DNA of 64,000 nt from Giardia intestinalis. Its lineage: Eukaryota. The translations under genes were made by a program, and so were the position numbers. The notes below the pieces were generated by a model that did no database searches, was not told the DNA's origin, and worked only from the letters and a program-made list of their open reading frames with translations. Positions within the stretch are counted from its first letter, which is position 1; each line of letters begins with the position of its first letter. Shown here one piece after another: positions 1 to 10,034 of the stretch. The stretch is from assembly GCA_000002435.2 (NCBI GenBank), contig CM018791.1. One strand, 5' to 3'.

Positions 1-2406
1 CGAATCTCCTGTGGGGCTTAATACATGCGCTGATGGAGCTCGTGGCAAAGGTGCCACGACCTCTGGTATCCCATTCATATGCGTTTCGCTTGACGATTGG
101 TAAGTACGTGCTTGGAGTTGGGGGTGCTCAAAATTGGCATGAGGATCACTCGCACTGCTATGATCGCTTAATTTGCTTTGAGAGCTGGAGCTAAGGACTC
201 CGGGTAAGAGCTTATTTTCTGCGCGCTTCATCAGGTCGTAAAGCCTTTCTATGTGATGCATAACGTCTCCCTCAAGATTTCCATCTGTAAGATGGTTTGG
301 TACAGTCTCCACGTCATATGAACTAGTAACACTATCTGCATCAGATGTGATTGTTTCGGACTGTATAAAAATGCGCTTCGCCAGTTTTACCAAGGATTTC
401 ATCTTTAGTTCTACTGTAATAAGGTATGCCTCCATATTGGTTAGCGTCTTTTCATAGAACGCTTGCTTGTATCTATCAAGGGCTATGAAGTCTTCAAGAA
501 CAGAATGAGCTGGTTGGTTGGCAAGAGTTATAACGGATGAGACGGCTTCTTTTATGATTGTTTTCTCTGGCATTTTGGTTCCCTCAGAGTCCAGTTCTGG
601 AGCTTCACTGATCGTAGTAATTGCCCTAGGAGGTTTCTTTACGTGTTGCATCCTTTCCTTCAGGTGTTCTATCTTCGACTTCAGCGCAGAAGCGGACACA
701 GAAGTGTGCTCTCTGGTAAGGGAATCGGTGAACGACCCTGAATCCATATTATCAATTGCCTGATTGATAACATTCTCTGTTGCTACAGGGTCGTAGTTAA
801 TTCCCGACAACACGCTGATAGATAATCTGCGCTCTTTGGGCTTAGAAGTGGGTTGATATGACCTTGCCCGTCCGTCAAAAAGCCCAGGAGACATGGTCTT
901 TCTGAGGGATTCAGCCAGGCGAAAAGATTGAGGGTCTCCCAGTACAGAATTAGCAAGAAGGTCTGTAGCTGGCGATCCATGAACAAATGACTTTGCCAAG
1001 CGATCTGTTTCATACTTTTCAAGAATGGAACGCAAATCCACGACTTCCTGCTGTAAAATACCAATATCTGACTCATCGGCTTGTCTTGACTGTGTAGTAG
1101 TATAATTGGGCTCTTCTGAACATGACTTTTTTCTTCTCATTTGGGTAGTAAACGCATCTGGATCTTTTTGGCGTGAAAACCGCAGAGGAGAGTCCTGAGT
1201 CCTTTGCAAAGTCTTTCCTTTGGCAGCACGTTCCCGAACGCTGTCGAGAAACTCTATTATTGAGTTGGACTCAACAGACTTAAGGTCATCTGGAGGAACG
1301 CGTGCGGTAGAATTAGGTCGAGATCCCGGAATAGAGATGTCAGAAATACTGTCATCCATATCACTTAATTGATAATTGTTCCTTTGAGGACAATTAAAAT
1401 CATCAACGTAGTAATCAGCTAAGTTATCCAAAAGACTTGAATTCTTTACCTCAACCGGATTATCAATTGATTTGGAAAGATTAGCCTTCAAGCACCGTAT
1501 CTCTGCTTCGCGAAGGCGAACTGCAGACATATCTAATTCATAGTCACCCAGCTCAGGGGATATGACAAGGAGCCCTTCACGCATCTGGGCAATCCGTGTT
1601 TCAAGGGCGCAGATCTTGTTGCTTTGCCTTAGGATGCAGTGTTTGAGTTCAGTAACAGTAGTATCTAATGGCAAGGCATCTGAGTTAGTTGGGGTAGTTG
1701 ATGAGATATCAGGACGCTGCAACTTGAGCCAATCGGCTGTGGCTTTAAGAGAAGCGTTTTCAGCTTGAAGACGTACAAGTACTGCGGCTTGATTGACAAA
1801 TTTGCTCAAGATTTCAACCAGTTCGTCATCCTTTTGTCTCTTGCTATACTTTAAACGCAGTGCATTTGTGATAACACGGATTGTTTCGGAGTATTCACCG
1901 GCACTAGCGGATAGTAACGACTTTTCTATCTCTGCTATGGTGAAGCGGTTGGTCGATAGTAAGGCTAGAGCACACTTCGAATAGTTTCTCTGAACGGCGT
2001 AATCCAAAGCAGTAAGCCCATCCACATCAGCCAAGGACGCATCAATATGCTTTGTGAGCACCCGTACTGAAGCCAGTGCACCATGCTTTGCTGCGACAAT
2101 CAGAGCGTTGGAGCCGTGTGGTAGCTTGTGTTCGGCTTCAAAACACACCAAGGCTTCGCACACCAAGGCGCTGTTAGCGGCTGCAGCTAATGATAAGGCT
2201 GAGTATCCTTCTGGAGAAAGGTGTCCGGATTCAATGCTTGCCAGGAGCTTAACACAGTCCAAATTTCCAGATCGAACTGCTACCATTAAGCCCGTCTCTC
2301 CGTTGTCCGTGACCGTCCCAGAATGCGTATCAATAAGTTCTCTGACTTTCTGGACATCCCCCTTGCTTATTGCAGTGAACCAAGTGTCTGAGCCGTCACT
2401 GGACAT
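1..2406 (-). CDS. Ankyrin-repeat plus coiled-coil protein (21.1-like), 5' portion. The gene starts at 2406 and its 3' end lies beyond the window start.
   Basis: ATG at 2406 on the minus strand. I read the frame by eye for 802 codons down to position 1 and met no stop. The track omits it because no stop lies inside the window. The N-terminus MSSDGSDTWFTAISKGDVQKV..GETGLMVAVRSGNLDCVKLLAS gives ankyrin repeats, followed by a heptad-rich coiled coil (LKATADWLKLQ..ETRIAQMREGL). The 97-aa track ORF at 783..1076 is in a different frame. Confidence 0.7.
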   Translation of the reverse strand, partial: MSSDGSDTWFTAISKGDVQKVRELIDTHSGTVTDNGETGLMVAVRSGNLDCVKLLASIESGHLSPEGYSALSLAAAANSALVCEALVCFEAEHKLPHGSNALIVAAKHGALASVRVLTKHIDASLADVDGLTALDYAVQRNYSKCALALLSTNRFTIAEIEKSLLSASAGEYSETIRVITNALRLKYSKRQKDDELVEILSKFVNQAAVLVRLQAENASLKATADWLKLQRPDISSTTPTNSDALPLDTTVTELKHCILRQSNKICALETRIAQMREGLLVISPELGDYELDMSAVRLREAEIRCLKANLSKSIDNPVEVKNSSLLDNLADYYVDDFNCPQRNNYQLSDMDDSISDISIPGSRPNSTARVPPDDLKSVESNSIIEFLDSVRERAAKGKTLQRTQDSPLRFSRQKDPDAFTTQMRRKKSCSEEPNYTTTQSRQADESDIGILQQEVVDLRSILEKYETDRLAKSFVHGSPATDLLANSVLGDPQSFRLAESLRKTMSPGLFDGRARSYQPTSKPKERRLSISVLSGINYDPVATENVINQAIDNMDSGSFTDSLTREHTSVSASALKSKIEHLKERMQHVKKPPRAITTISEAPELDSEGTKMPEKTIIKEAVSSVITLANQPAHSVLEDFIALDRYKQAFYEKTLTNMEAYLITVELKMKSLVKLAKRIFIQSETITSDADSVTSSYDVETVPNHLTDGNLEGDVMHHIERLYDLMKRAENKLLPGVLSSSSQSKLSDHSSASDPHANFEHPQLQARTYQSSSETHMNGIPEVVAPLPRAPSAHVLSPTGDS

Positions 2407-2553
2407 ACTCTTTTTTGTTACACCCTTATCTGTACAAAGGACTCTAAAATTGAGAGAGGAAGACACCAATTCATAAGGTAGAAGTGAGCATAAAGAAATC
2501 GGTTCAGAATCAGTATCCCCAAATGCGCGCAATTGTGCCTCTTTTAACTTTAA

Positions 2554-5500
2554 ATGGACGACCTGGAAACTTGGTTTGGGGCTGCACGGTCAGGTGACGT
2601 TTCCTTACTAGCTTCATATGCTCTCGCATATGCTAGAACAACCTCTGCTCTTGGGAGGACTGCCCTTATGCTTGCTGCAGAGAATAACCATGCAGACGCC
2701 TGTACCATTCTAATGGACCTGGAAGGCGGAACTCTGGATAACGATGGGCATAGTGCCCTCTTCTATGCAGCACAGGCTGGAGCACACAAGGCCTGCTCCG
2801 TCCTTTTGCAAAATGACCAAGAACGTGGTGCAGAATCTCCCTTCTCTTTTTATACTGCGGCTCTGGCCTCTCGTTCACAAGAGATACTTGTAGACCTTCT
2901 AAATACTTTCCCACTAGACCAGGGCCCCGGTAATATTGCAGTTTTATCCGTTGCAGCTAGTAATGGCTCTATTGAACTCGTTAGGTTGCTGCTGGATTCA
3001 GGCCATGTGAAATTTCGAGAAATATGTCAGGCACTCTGTTACGTGAAGGAGCCTACCGATGCCGTTGCAGCCCTTCTTCGAGAGCACCTCCGAGCTTTCC
3101 ATGATATCGTCAATAGTTCACATCCCAAAGAGGATTACTTTACTGAGTTCTTTACCGAGTTGCAGGAAGAAGTTTATGCAGTAACAAAGCTGTTGATAAA
3201 TGCAGGACTTATAAAGTTATCGACGCAGGACCGTTTTGCTGCGACAGACTCATCTGCATGCTCTCTGGGAGTTTCTCATGGGGCCATAAAAAAGGCCCAG
3301 CCGCCGCTGATCTCTCAATTATCATATCTCGGTGTTGTTAAGGATGCAATAGCTAATGCAGAAGCCAAGTATGCTGCTCTCAAGAGCGCCATGGATCAGG
3401 CAATGCACGATGCTCCAGAGTATCAAGGTCAATATGAGGCTTTTATGGTTGATTTGTGGCGCTTGGTGCATCTGCAGGATAACCATTTGACAAACATTCA
3501 AGCGAATACGTCCCATGTATGCGAGGTGTGCGGAATATATGATGCAGAGTTTCATAAGCTTCGCTGTGAAAACTTGCAATTGCTCCATGAGATTGTTAAG
3601 CTGAAGAAAGAGATTTACAAGAAGGATAAACAGATACTCGACTTGACTACAGAGAGGGAGAACGCTAAGAGCTCTGTAGACAGCGAACTAGACGCAATTG
3701 TCACTAGAGTCTTTAGCGATATTGCTGACTTTAGGGATAAGTTAGCCTATCTCAAGGCAGTAAGTTTAGCAAAGGACGAGATCATTGAAGAGATGCGGGT
3801 GGAGCTTGATAAAGTCAAGATAGGGACGTTATTGTACCCCAAGCCAATCACCAGCATTGAGCAGGAGAGAGAGGACATCTGCTTGGGTCTTTCTCCGACC
3901 ATACAGAACAAGGCAGTGCTGAGCCCGCAGCAGGGACCAGGCCAGCATTCTATTATGAGGGCTCCCCTAATATCACGGGTCGTAGAAACAGATGAAGCAT
4001 CTACCTCTACGCAGGCTGCACTAGAGCTGAAGATTCAGGAGCAGGATGCTACCATAAGCAACTTGAATGCAGAGCTGAATACCATACTTGAGGCGTTCAA
4101 TGCTGCCAAGCACCTGTCCACAGACAAGCTGAAGAAAGTCACTGCTAACGTCGATTTACTCATCGGCGAAATCAATCGGATTGCAAAGCTCTTTGATATC
4201 AAAAGTCCTGACGGTTCTGTGAACACTCTTCCCAGCGCAATTGTTAGTCATGTGGTTAGCCTACAATCTCAATTAAGCAAGGAAAAAGATGATAACAAGC
4301 GCTGCAGGGAGCTTTTGAAGCAGCAAGACAATGATATCCAGTATTTGATGAGTAAGATCACTTCCAGTGGCCGGAAAGATGCTGACTTATCATCAATTAT
4401 TGCAAAGTATGAATTGCTGGCAGAAAAAATTGAGACAACTAATCAGCTCGTTGAGTCTCTTTCTCGTGAGGGCTCTCCTGTAATATGCAGGGCCACGAGT
4501 CCTCTCCGAATAAGCCGCTCTCTTACTCCTGCTGTCTACTCTGCCACGATGTCTCCAGGAACAACGGGGGCAGAAAACTTATGCTCGTCTCCTAGCGGCA
4601 ATCAAACCATTCACGCCGAGGCCGAGATCGAGAAGCTCAGAGAGACAATTTCGGAACTAACGCAACTCTTAGTCAACAAGGACGAGAAGATCAAAAGCCT
4701 GTTAGAGTCGATATCACTTCTTCAAGCAGAGCTTATTACAGACGACTTTAGTAAGGATCGGCCCGGTATTGCACATCCCTCTGGGGCGGTTGCAAATCTC
4801 ACACGGTCTCGGTTAGAAGCAGCAACATCCTCAACGGCAGAATATCAATCTGTAATACGTACCTTGACAGAAGACCGTGATAACCTTCGTGAGCAACTTC
4901 ACCTCACCGTGGCCGAAAACAAGGAGCTCCAGATGATGAACTTCTCCTTGCAGAACTCCCTCAGCCGAACGAAATCTATTCTAGAAAAGAGCAGTGTTCT
5001 GGTGGAGAGCCTAGCAGGTAGCAACTCTCCGAGGAAGGAGCCTCGTGCTCAGAGGAGCCCCCTTCACGAGGCCACCATGCACAACGACATTGAGAGGGTG
5101 AAGGAGCTAATTGCACATGCAGGAGAAGTGGATGAACGAGGAAATACATCACTGATGGCTGCATCCAGGCTGGGGTATTTCGAAATAGCGTCGGTCTTAG
5201 TATCCCATGAGTCTAGGTATAGAAACCAGTTTGGAGACACCGCGCTGATGTTTGCCGCCGTCTCAGGCCACTGCTCTATCGTGGAGCTATTGGTGCCGTA
5301 CGAAGCAACAATCCAAAACGAATCGGGACTCACAGCACTGATGCTTGCAGCAGAGGCCGGACATATAGGCTGCGTGCAGCTGCTCATTGGGTTTGAAGTG
5401 AGATTGGTGAACAAGCAGTACGAGACTGCACTTGTGCTAGCAGCTGCAAATGATCGCCCAGAGTGCGTACGTGTTCTAGCTGAGTATGAATCTGGGCACA

Positions 5501-5682
5501 GATGCATTTCTGTAGATGAGAAGGATGGCACTGGAGAAACCGCACTGATGCGTGCTTGCAAAGCTGGTGCCAAAGAGTGTGTAGAAATTCTCATAGGATG
5601 GGAGCACGACATTCCAGATAAAGCCGGGAATATGCCTGTTCACTATGCCTCAGATCCTTGCATTCTTTCCTATTTTGACTAG
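2554..5682 (+). CDS. Ankyrin - coiled-coil - ankyrin protein (21.1-like), 1042 aa
   Basis: ATG start at 2554. The N-terminus has the WF-AA-G motif (MDDLETWFGAARSGD) followed by ankyrin repeats (GRTALMLAAENNH..). A long central coiled coil follows (LKKEIYKKDKQILDL..., EIEKLRETISELTQLL). The C-terminus carries an ankyrin array (GNTSLMAASRLGY, GDTALMFAAVSGH, GLTALMLAAEAGH, GETALMRACKAGA). Stop is TAG at 5680-5682. Confidence 0.85.
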   Translation: MDDLETWFGAARSGDVSLLASYALAYARTTSALGRTALMLAAENNHADACTILMDLEGGTLDNDGHSALFYAAQAGAHKACSVLLQNDQERGAESPFSFYTAALASRSQEILVDLLNTFPLDQGPGNIAVLSVAASNGSIELVRLLLDSGHVKFREICQALCYVKEPTDAVAALLREHLRAFHDIVNSSHPKEDYFTEFFTELQEEVYAVTKLLINAGLIKLSTQDRFAATDSSACSLGVSHGAIKKAQPPLISQLSYLGVVKDAIANAEAKYAALKSAMDQAMHDAPEYQGQYEAFMVDLWRLVHLQDNHLTNIQANTSHVCEVCGIYDAEFHKLRCENLQLLHEIVKLKKEIYKKDKQILDLTTERENAKSSVDSELDAIVTRVFSDIADFRDKLAYLKAVSLAKDEIIEEMRVELDKVKIGTLLYPKPITSIEQEREDICLGLSPTIQNKAVLSPQQGPGQHSIMRAPLISRVVETDEASTSTQAALELKIQEQDATISNLNAELNTILEAFNAAKHLSTDKLKKVTANVDLLIGEINRIAKLFDIKSPDGSVNTLPSAIVSHVVSLQSQLSKEKDDNKRCRELLKQQDNDIQYLMSKITSSGRKDADLSSIIAKYELLAEKIETTNQLVESLSREGSPVICRATSPLRISRSLTPAVYSATMSPGTTGAENLCSSPSGNQTIHAEAEIEKLRETISELTQLLVNKDEKIKSLLESISLLQAELITDDFSKDRPGIAHPSGAVANLTRSRLEAATSSTAEYQSVIRTLTEDRDNLREQLHLTVAENKELQMMNFSLQNSLSRTKSILEKSSVLVESLAGSNSPRKEPRAQRSPLHEATMHNDIERVKELIAHAGEVDERGNTSLMAASRLGYFEIASVLVSHESRYRNQFGDTALMFAAVSGHCSIVELLVPYEATIQNESGLTALMLAAEAGHIGCVQLLIGFEVRLVNKQYETALVLAAANDRPECVRVLAEYESGHRCISVDEKDGTGETALMRACKAGAKECVEILIGWEHDIPDKAGNMPVHYASDPCILSYFD

Positions 5683-5693
5683 TAACAGATGGA

Positions 5694-8600
5694 TCAGTGT
5701 AAATTGTTTCCGTCCTGGTCATTTGTATCCAGGATACCAGGGCAATCCTTAGCAGTGGCATCTGCTTGATCTTCAGTCAGCCGTGCGTAGATAAGAGGAA
5801 GACAGCGGCGCCTGATTGCATAAAGATGTTCTTCTGGTAAATCTTCATGCTCTAGCTCATTCTCACATAACGAGATAACGTCGTCTCCATTCACCTTTCG
5901 CATATAGACCTCCGAAAGCAACTGCGCAACACAATCGGATTGGCCAGCAAGGGCTGCAAACATCAGAGAGCTGGTTCCATCCAGCATGGCCATCTGTTGC
6001 TCATACGGCCGGAGATGCAAGAGGCAATCTACGTGCCCATCCTTAGCCGCTAGCATCAAGGCAGTGCAACCCTTTCTGGTCCGAATGCAGGACTCATGGG
6101 GAGCCAAGATCTCCACGATCTCTACATATCCATATGTAGCGGCATACATGAGTGCAGTGTACCCTTGGTAGGCCTTGAAGACCTGATCCAAGTGTTGGAC
6201 AACCCTTGATCTATCGTTTGCAAGAACTGCACTAATAAGTTCTGTTCTGGCAGAGGTAGAGATAGCGCGCTTTGGTATCTGCAGTGCTATGTTATTATCG
6301 ACAATGTACTCTACAAGGAGATCATAAATAGCAGATCTCTCGTAAACAGCAGCAAGTGATAGTGCCGTTTCACCGAGGTGAGTTTTAAGTGGAAGCTCGG
6401 CTAGAAGTTCGCGAACAAGGACCATATTGTTATCTATGACAGCATACATCAGGGCGCTGTATCCATTGCAGTCCTGCAAATAGAGCTCTTCAGCAATAAG
6501 GGTGCTGATTTGCTGAGCATTTGAGATTCGCCCCAGGCACATTAGAGCACTCACACCTCGATGATCGCAAAGTCTTGCTTCTTGCTCTACTAACAACGCT
6601 ATACAGTCTTCTTTGGCATAAGCAGACGCAAGCATAAGGGCTGTTCGGCCAGCAGTCGTTTTCATTTTGGTCTCAAAGGGCAGCAAAAGCTTAACAACCT
6701 CTGAGTGGCCACCGATAGCGGCGAGCATAAGGGCTGTATAACCCTCCTTGGTTTGGGCCCCTGCTTCCGGGAGGAGCAATCTGGCGCTTTCTAATAAACC
6801 CATATGAGCAGCTTGCATAAGTGCAGTTTCAGAGCCTGGAACATACACTCCTATTTCTGATAAAAGCAACTTAGTACAATCTAGATGATTCAGCCGTACA
6901 GACAGTTGAAGAGCAGTACAGATGACGTCCTTTCCTAATGCTGTTTTGCTGAGAGAGTATCCGTACCCCATGAACCCTAAGTTTGTCACGACATCGTCAA
7001 TTCTATTGGAGAGGACAGCTGCTAAAAGCGGTGTCCTACCACTTATCACTGGACTTCGCTGGGTAAGGGGAATGGAGATACAGTTCTCTGACATATAATT
7101 GGCAAGAGCTGCAACGCAGTTTGCATGACCTAATGAAACAGCCAGATCAATCACAGACTCATTCTTTCTTACAGAAATGCTAGCCTCATATGGAGCAAGA
7201 ATGGTAACTACTTCTGGAAGATCTAGTTCCACGGCAAGACCCAGAGCTGTCATGTACTGATTGTTCCGTAGAGACGCCTCTCGAGGAGCAAGAATATGAA
7301 TGCATCTGCTATAGCCAGATCTAACGGCAAGCATTAGTGCAGTTTCGCCGTTAGTATTCTGTAGCTTCTCTTCCTTATCTAGAAGGATTGTCATTACATC
7401 CAGTGAACATACCTCTGTGGCATACATGAGGGCCGTGCGTCCCAATCCATCTTGCATGCCTGCTTCTATAGGAGCTAGTAGCTTAACAATATCCGTAGCA
7501 CTTAGACTGGCGGCAATCATAGTCACTGTCTGCCCGTTATCATTGTGAAGTCCGGCTGACGCTATTATCATGTCGGTAGTAAATATTTCCTGACAGTGTT
7601 CCACTCCATATTTCAATAACACGTGGATAAGAGGAGAATTGCCACCTATTCCTGGAAAAAGTAGCTCTGAAGAAAGAGCATGGACACAGCCTGAGTGTCT
7701 ATTTGCAACTGCATGCAGAAAAGCTGTTCTCCCCATAGTATCCTGCATTCCATCTTCGTATGTGGCTAACAAAGAAACCAACTGCACATGCCCACACTGG
7801 CTTGCATGCATCAAGGCAGACATTCCTGCCTGATCGGTCAAGCGTGCCTCGTAAGGTAAAAGCTCCTTTGCAGCATCCAAAGAATTATGTCGTGCAGCCA
7901 TCATCAAAGCTGTAAAGCCATTACGCGTGTGCATCCTCATCTCCCTCATAATGAGCATCCGAATAGCAGCATGATTGTTAGAAACAGCTGCGTACATCAG
8001 AGCGGTACTACCATCTGTTGCCCGACAGCAGATATCGTGCTCATGAAGCTTGTTCGGCTGCTCAGCTAAAAGGCAAATTCGCATGAGCTCTGTTGCCTTC
8101 GATAGAAACGATTCGTACTTCCAAAGAATTTCGACTGCTCGCATGCTTTGCGCTTGCATGCCAAGCAACAACGCTGTTTCACCAACCGGAGTACTCATCC
8201 CTGCTTCCGGAAGCAAAAACTGGACGTATTGGGCAGAGTTCTTCTGTGCAGCCAACATCAGTGCGGTCCTTCCACAAGGAAGAACAGCATACAAGTCCTC
8301 TTCTGTTATTTCTGTATGTTCGCTTGCAGCTGTACCTATATTTCCCTCTACTAATAGCATAGTTTTTGTTTTCTGGTCCACATATTTGGGGCTGCCTGAT
8401 AGGCTCACAGCGCGTGGATAGCATTTGTGGTGCTTAAGGAGGTAGTCTGTCAACATCTGCCACGGCATTGTGTTGTGGAGAAGCAAGCAACTCCAGGCGA
8501 CGTCTAAAGCCATTAGAGTATTGTCAGACTTGAGAAGTAACTCATACGGAAGCAGTAGCTCAATAGCAGGTAGATCGTTGCAGCGAATAGCGATGCATAG

Positions 8601-9899
8601 AGCAGTGTTGCCGGAGGCGTCTAAGCTCCCTGCGCAATGTTGTGCAAGTTCGGAAAGAAGCTCTATTTTACCACTCTTGAGCGCGTAAATTAGGGGCGAG
8701 TCACCATTGGGGTGGTTTATGTAAAACTCAAGTGCTGCAAGAAGCTGGACGCAAGGCAAACTATCAACCTCTATCGCATACAGAAGGGCACTGAATCCTT
8801 CGCTATCGACCTTTTTTGCGTGCATAAGAAGGTTCTGTGCAGAAACGTGGTCTCCTTTGCTAACAGCAGCCATAAGTGGGGTCTGGCACTGGTCAGTGTG
8901 TGTCGATAGAACAACGCTGCACTCTTGGAGTGTAGACGTAGCTCGCCGAAAGCTGCTTGCGAGAATAGATTCTTTAGCAGGGGAATAGGGCCCGCAGTGG
9001 TTAACAGTACCCTCCTCATACAGTGCAATCAAGTCTTGTGGAGGATAGATGTCATAATACTCACCGTCGTCAATGCGCTTAAGAGCGTTCACCACATTCT
9101 CGTCAGATAAAAGTTGCTCGGCAGTAGGACGCGCCTTAGGATCTGGTTGCAAAAGCAAACGGACAAACTTGCGCAACGGAGTTGTGTAGCCAAGAAAGTC
9201 GACCACCGGGCCCTCCAACAGATCACGCCGGCTGAAGCGTGGGTGTTTGAGGGTGCATATCGCCCAAATTGTACAGCCAAGGGACCAGATATCCGATATT
9301 GTGGTTACAGCCCCTAGTGCTTGTATCTCTGGGGCCATATAGCTCGTTGTCCCGGATCGCTTTGCTGCAGCAGGTGGATTGCCGGCCTGCAAGGCCATAG
9401 ATAGGCCAAAGTCACAAAGCCGTATTAACCCTCTAGTATCGATGAGGAGATTCTCCGGCTTGATATCTCTGTGCACAATCCCTAAATAGCCCTTTTGACA
9501 CCAGGAGTGTAAATACTGCAAGGCCTTAAGTACCTGGGCAACTATTTCCCAGACAGCACTTTCCGGGAGCTTAGAGCGTGCGGAGCGTATGCGCTGAATG
9601 AGTTGCTGCACCGACCCGCCAGAGCAGTACTCCATCTCGATATGGTATATCGACCCATTATCATGGGTCCTGACAGCATAATAGTTGACTATATATGGCG
9701 AAGACAGACGCATAACTATATTGAACTCGTTACGTGCGGACTTAATGGCCTTTGCGTCGTCATCCTGCGAAGCGGATGCCTCCTTAACAACTACAAGCAC
9801 TCTGTCCTGTGCACGTCGTACTAAAAACAGCGATGCGAAACCCCCCTCAGCAAGCTTCTTGCAGTCGGTGTATAGTGAAGAGACATTTTTCGCCAACAT
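5694..9899 (-). CDS. NEK-family Ser/Thr protein kinase with a C-terminal ankyrin-repeat array of about 1100 aa, 1401 aa
   Basis: ATG at 9899. The N-terminal kinase domain has a degenerate Gly loop (AEGGFAS) but keeps the VVVKE lysine, HRDIKPENLL, DFGLS and SYMAPE motifs. These are fused to dozens of ankyrin repeats with the recurring G-TALM-AA motif. Stop is TGA at 5694-5696. Kinase plus ankyrin is the architecture typical of the expanded diplomonad NEK family (established knowledge). Confidence 0.85.
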   Translation of the reverse strand: MLAKNVSSLYTDCKKLAEGGFASLFLVRRAQDRVLVVVKEASASQDDDAKAIKSARNEFNIVMRLSSPYIVNYYAVRTHDNGSIYHIEMEYCSGGSVQQLIQRIRSARSKLPESAVWEIVAQVLKALQYLHSWCQKGYLGIVHRDIKPENLLIDTRGLIRLCDFGLSMALQAGNPPAAAKRSGTTSYMAPEIQALGAVTTISDIWSLGCTIWAICTLKHPRFSRRDLLEGPVVDFLGYTTPLRKFVRLLLQPDPKARPTAEQLLSDENVVNALKRIDDGEYYDIYPPQDLIALYEEGTVNHCGPYSPAKESILASSFRRATSTLQECSVVLSTHTDQCQTPLMAAVSKGDHVSAQNLLMHAKKVDSEGFSALLYAIEVDSLPCVQLLAALEFYINHPNGDSPLIYALKSGKIELLSELAQHCAGSLDASGNTALCIAIRCNDLPAIELLLPYELLLKSDNTLMALDVAWSCLLLHNTMPWQMLTDYLLKHHKCYPRAVSLSGSPKYVDQKTKTMLLVEGNIGTAASEHTEITEEDLYAVLPCGRTALMLAAQKNSAQYVQFLLPEAGMSTPVGETALLLGMQAQSMRAVEILWKYESFLSKATELMRICLLAEQPNKLHEHDICCRATDGSTALMYAAVSNNHAAIRMLIMREMRMHTRNGFTALMMAARHNSLDAAKELLPYEARLTDQAGMSALMHASQCGHVQLVSLLATYEDGMQDTMGRTAFLHAVANRHSGCVHALSSELLFPGIGGNSPLIHVLLKYGVEHCQEIFTTDMIIASAGLHNDNGQTVTMIAASLSATDIVKLLAPIEAGMQDGLGRTALMYATEVCSLDVMTILLDKEEKLQNTNGETALMLAVRSGYSRCIHILAPREASLRNNQYMTALGLAVELDLPEVVTILAPYEASISVRKNESVIDLAVSLGHANCVAALANYMSENCISIPLTQRSPVISGRTPLLAAVLSNRIDDVVTNLGFMGYGYSLSKTALGKDVICTALQLSVRLNHLDCTKLLLSEIGVYVPGSETALMQAAHMGLLESARLLLPEAGAQTKEGYTALMLAAIGGHSEVVKLLLPFETKMKTTAGRTALMLASAYAKEDCIALLVEQEARLCDHRGVSALMCLGRISNAQQISTLIAEELYLQDCNGYSALMYAVIDNNMVLVRELLAELPLKTHLGETALSLAAVYERSAIYDLLVEYIVDNNIALQIPKRAISTSARTELISAVLANDRSRVVQHLDQVFKAYQGYTALMYAATYGYVEIVEILAPHESCIRTRKGCTALMLAAKDGHVDCLLHLRPYEQQMAMLDGTSSLMFAALAGQSDCVAQLLSEVYMRKVNGDDVISLCENELEHEDLPEEHLYAIRRRCLPLIYARLTEDQADATAKDCPGILDTNDQDGNNLH

Positions 9900-10034
9900 G
9901 TGTGTTTCCTACCCGCAGAAACTAAGTGTCGACACCTACGAGGTGATTAGTAGCAATCTAGAGGGCACAGCGCTTGACCTAAAGACCAATATGGCTTTGT
10001 GCCAGTAATTTTATTGACCGCTCTTGATTGGCGG

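Noticed and set aside
783-1076. 97-aa minus-strand ORF ending in a stop at 783
   Set aside because: It lies in a different frame from the long ankyrin/coiled-coil gene that starts at 2406 and stays open down to position 1. It is an out-of-frame artefact inside that gene.
5064-5612. 182-aa antisense ORF inside the 1042-aa gene. A similar case is 13712..14218 (168 aa).
   Set aside because: These are antisense to ankyrin-repeat coding sequence. The recurring ISAVSP / SAVSPS peptides are just the reverse-complement reading of the repeated TALM-AA codons. They are not independent genes.
5680-5720. Candidate poly(A) signals (AGTRAAY) after several stop codons
   Set aside because: I found near-matches only, for example AGTGTAAAT after 5682. 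None fits the consensus cleanly, so no terminator features are reported.
9999-10034. GTG 'start' of the 1191-aa ORF
   Set aside because: The track counts GTG and TTG as starts. The first ATG at 10035 gives the family-typical MAENWFDAARQG N-terminus.
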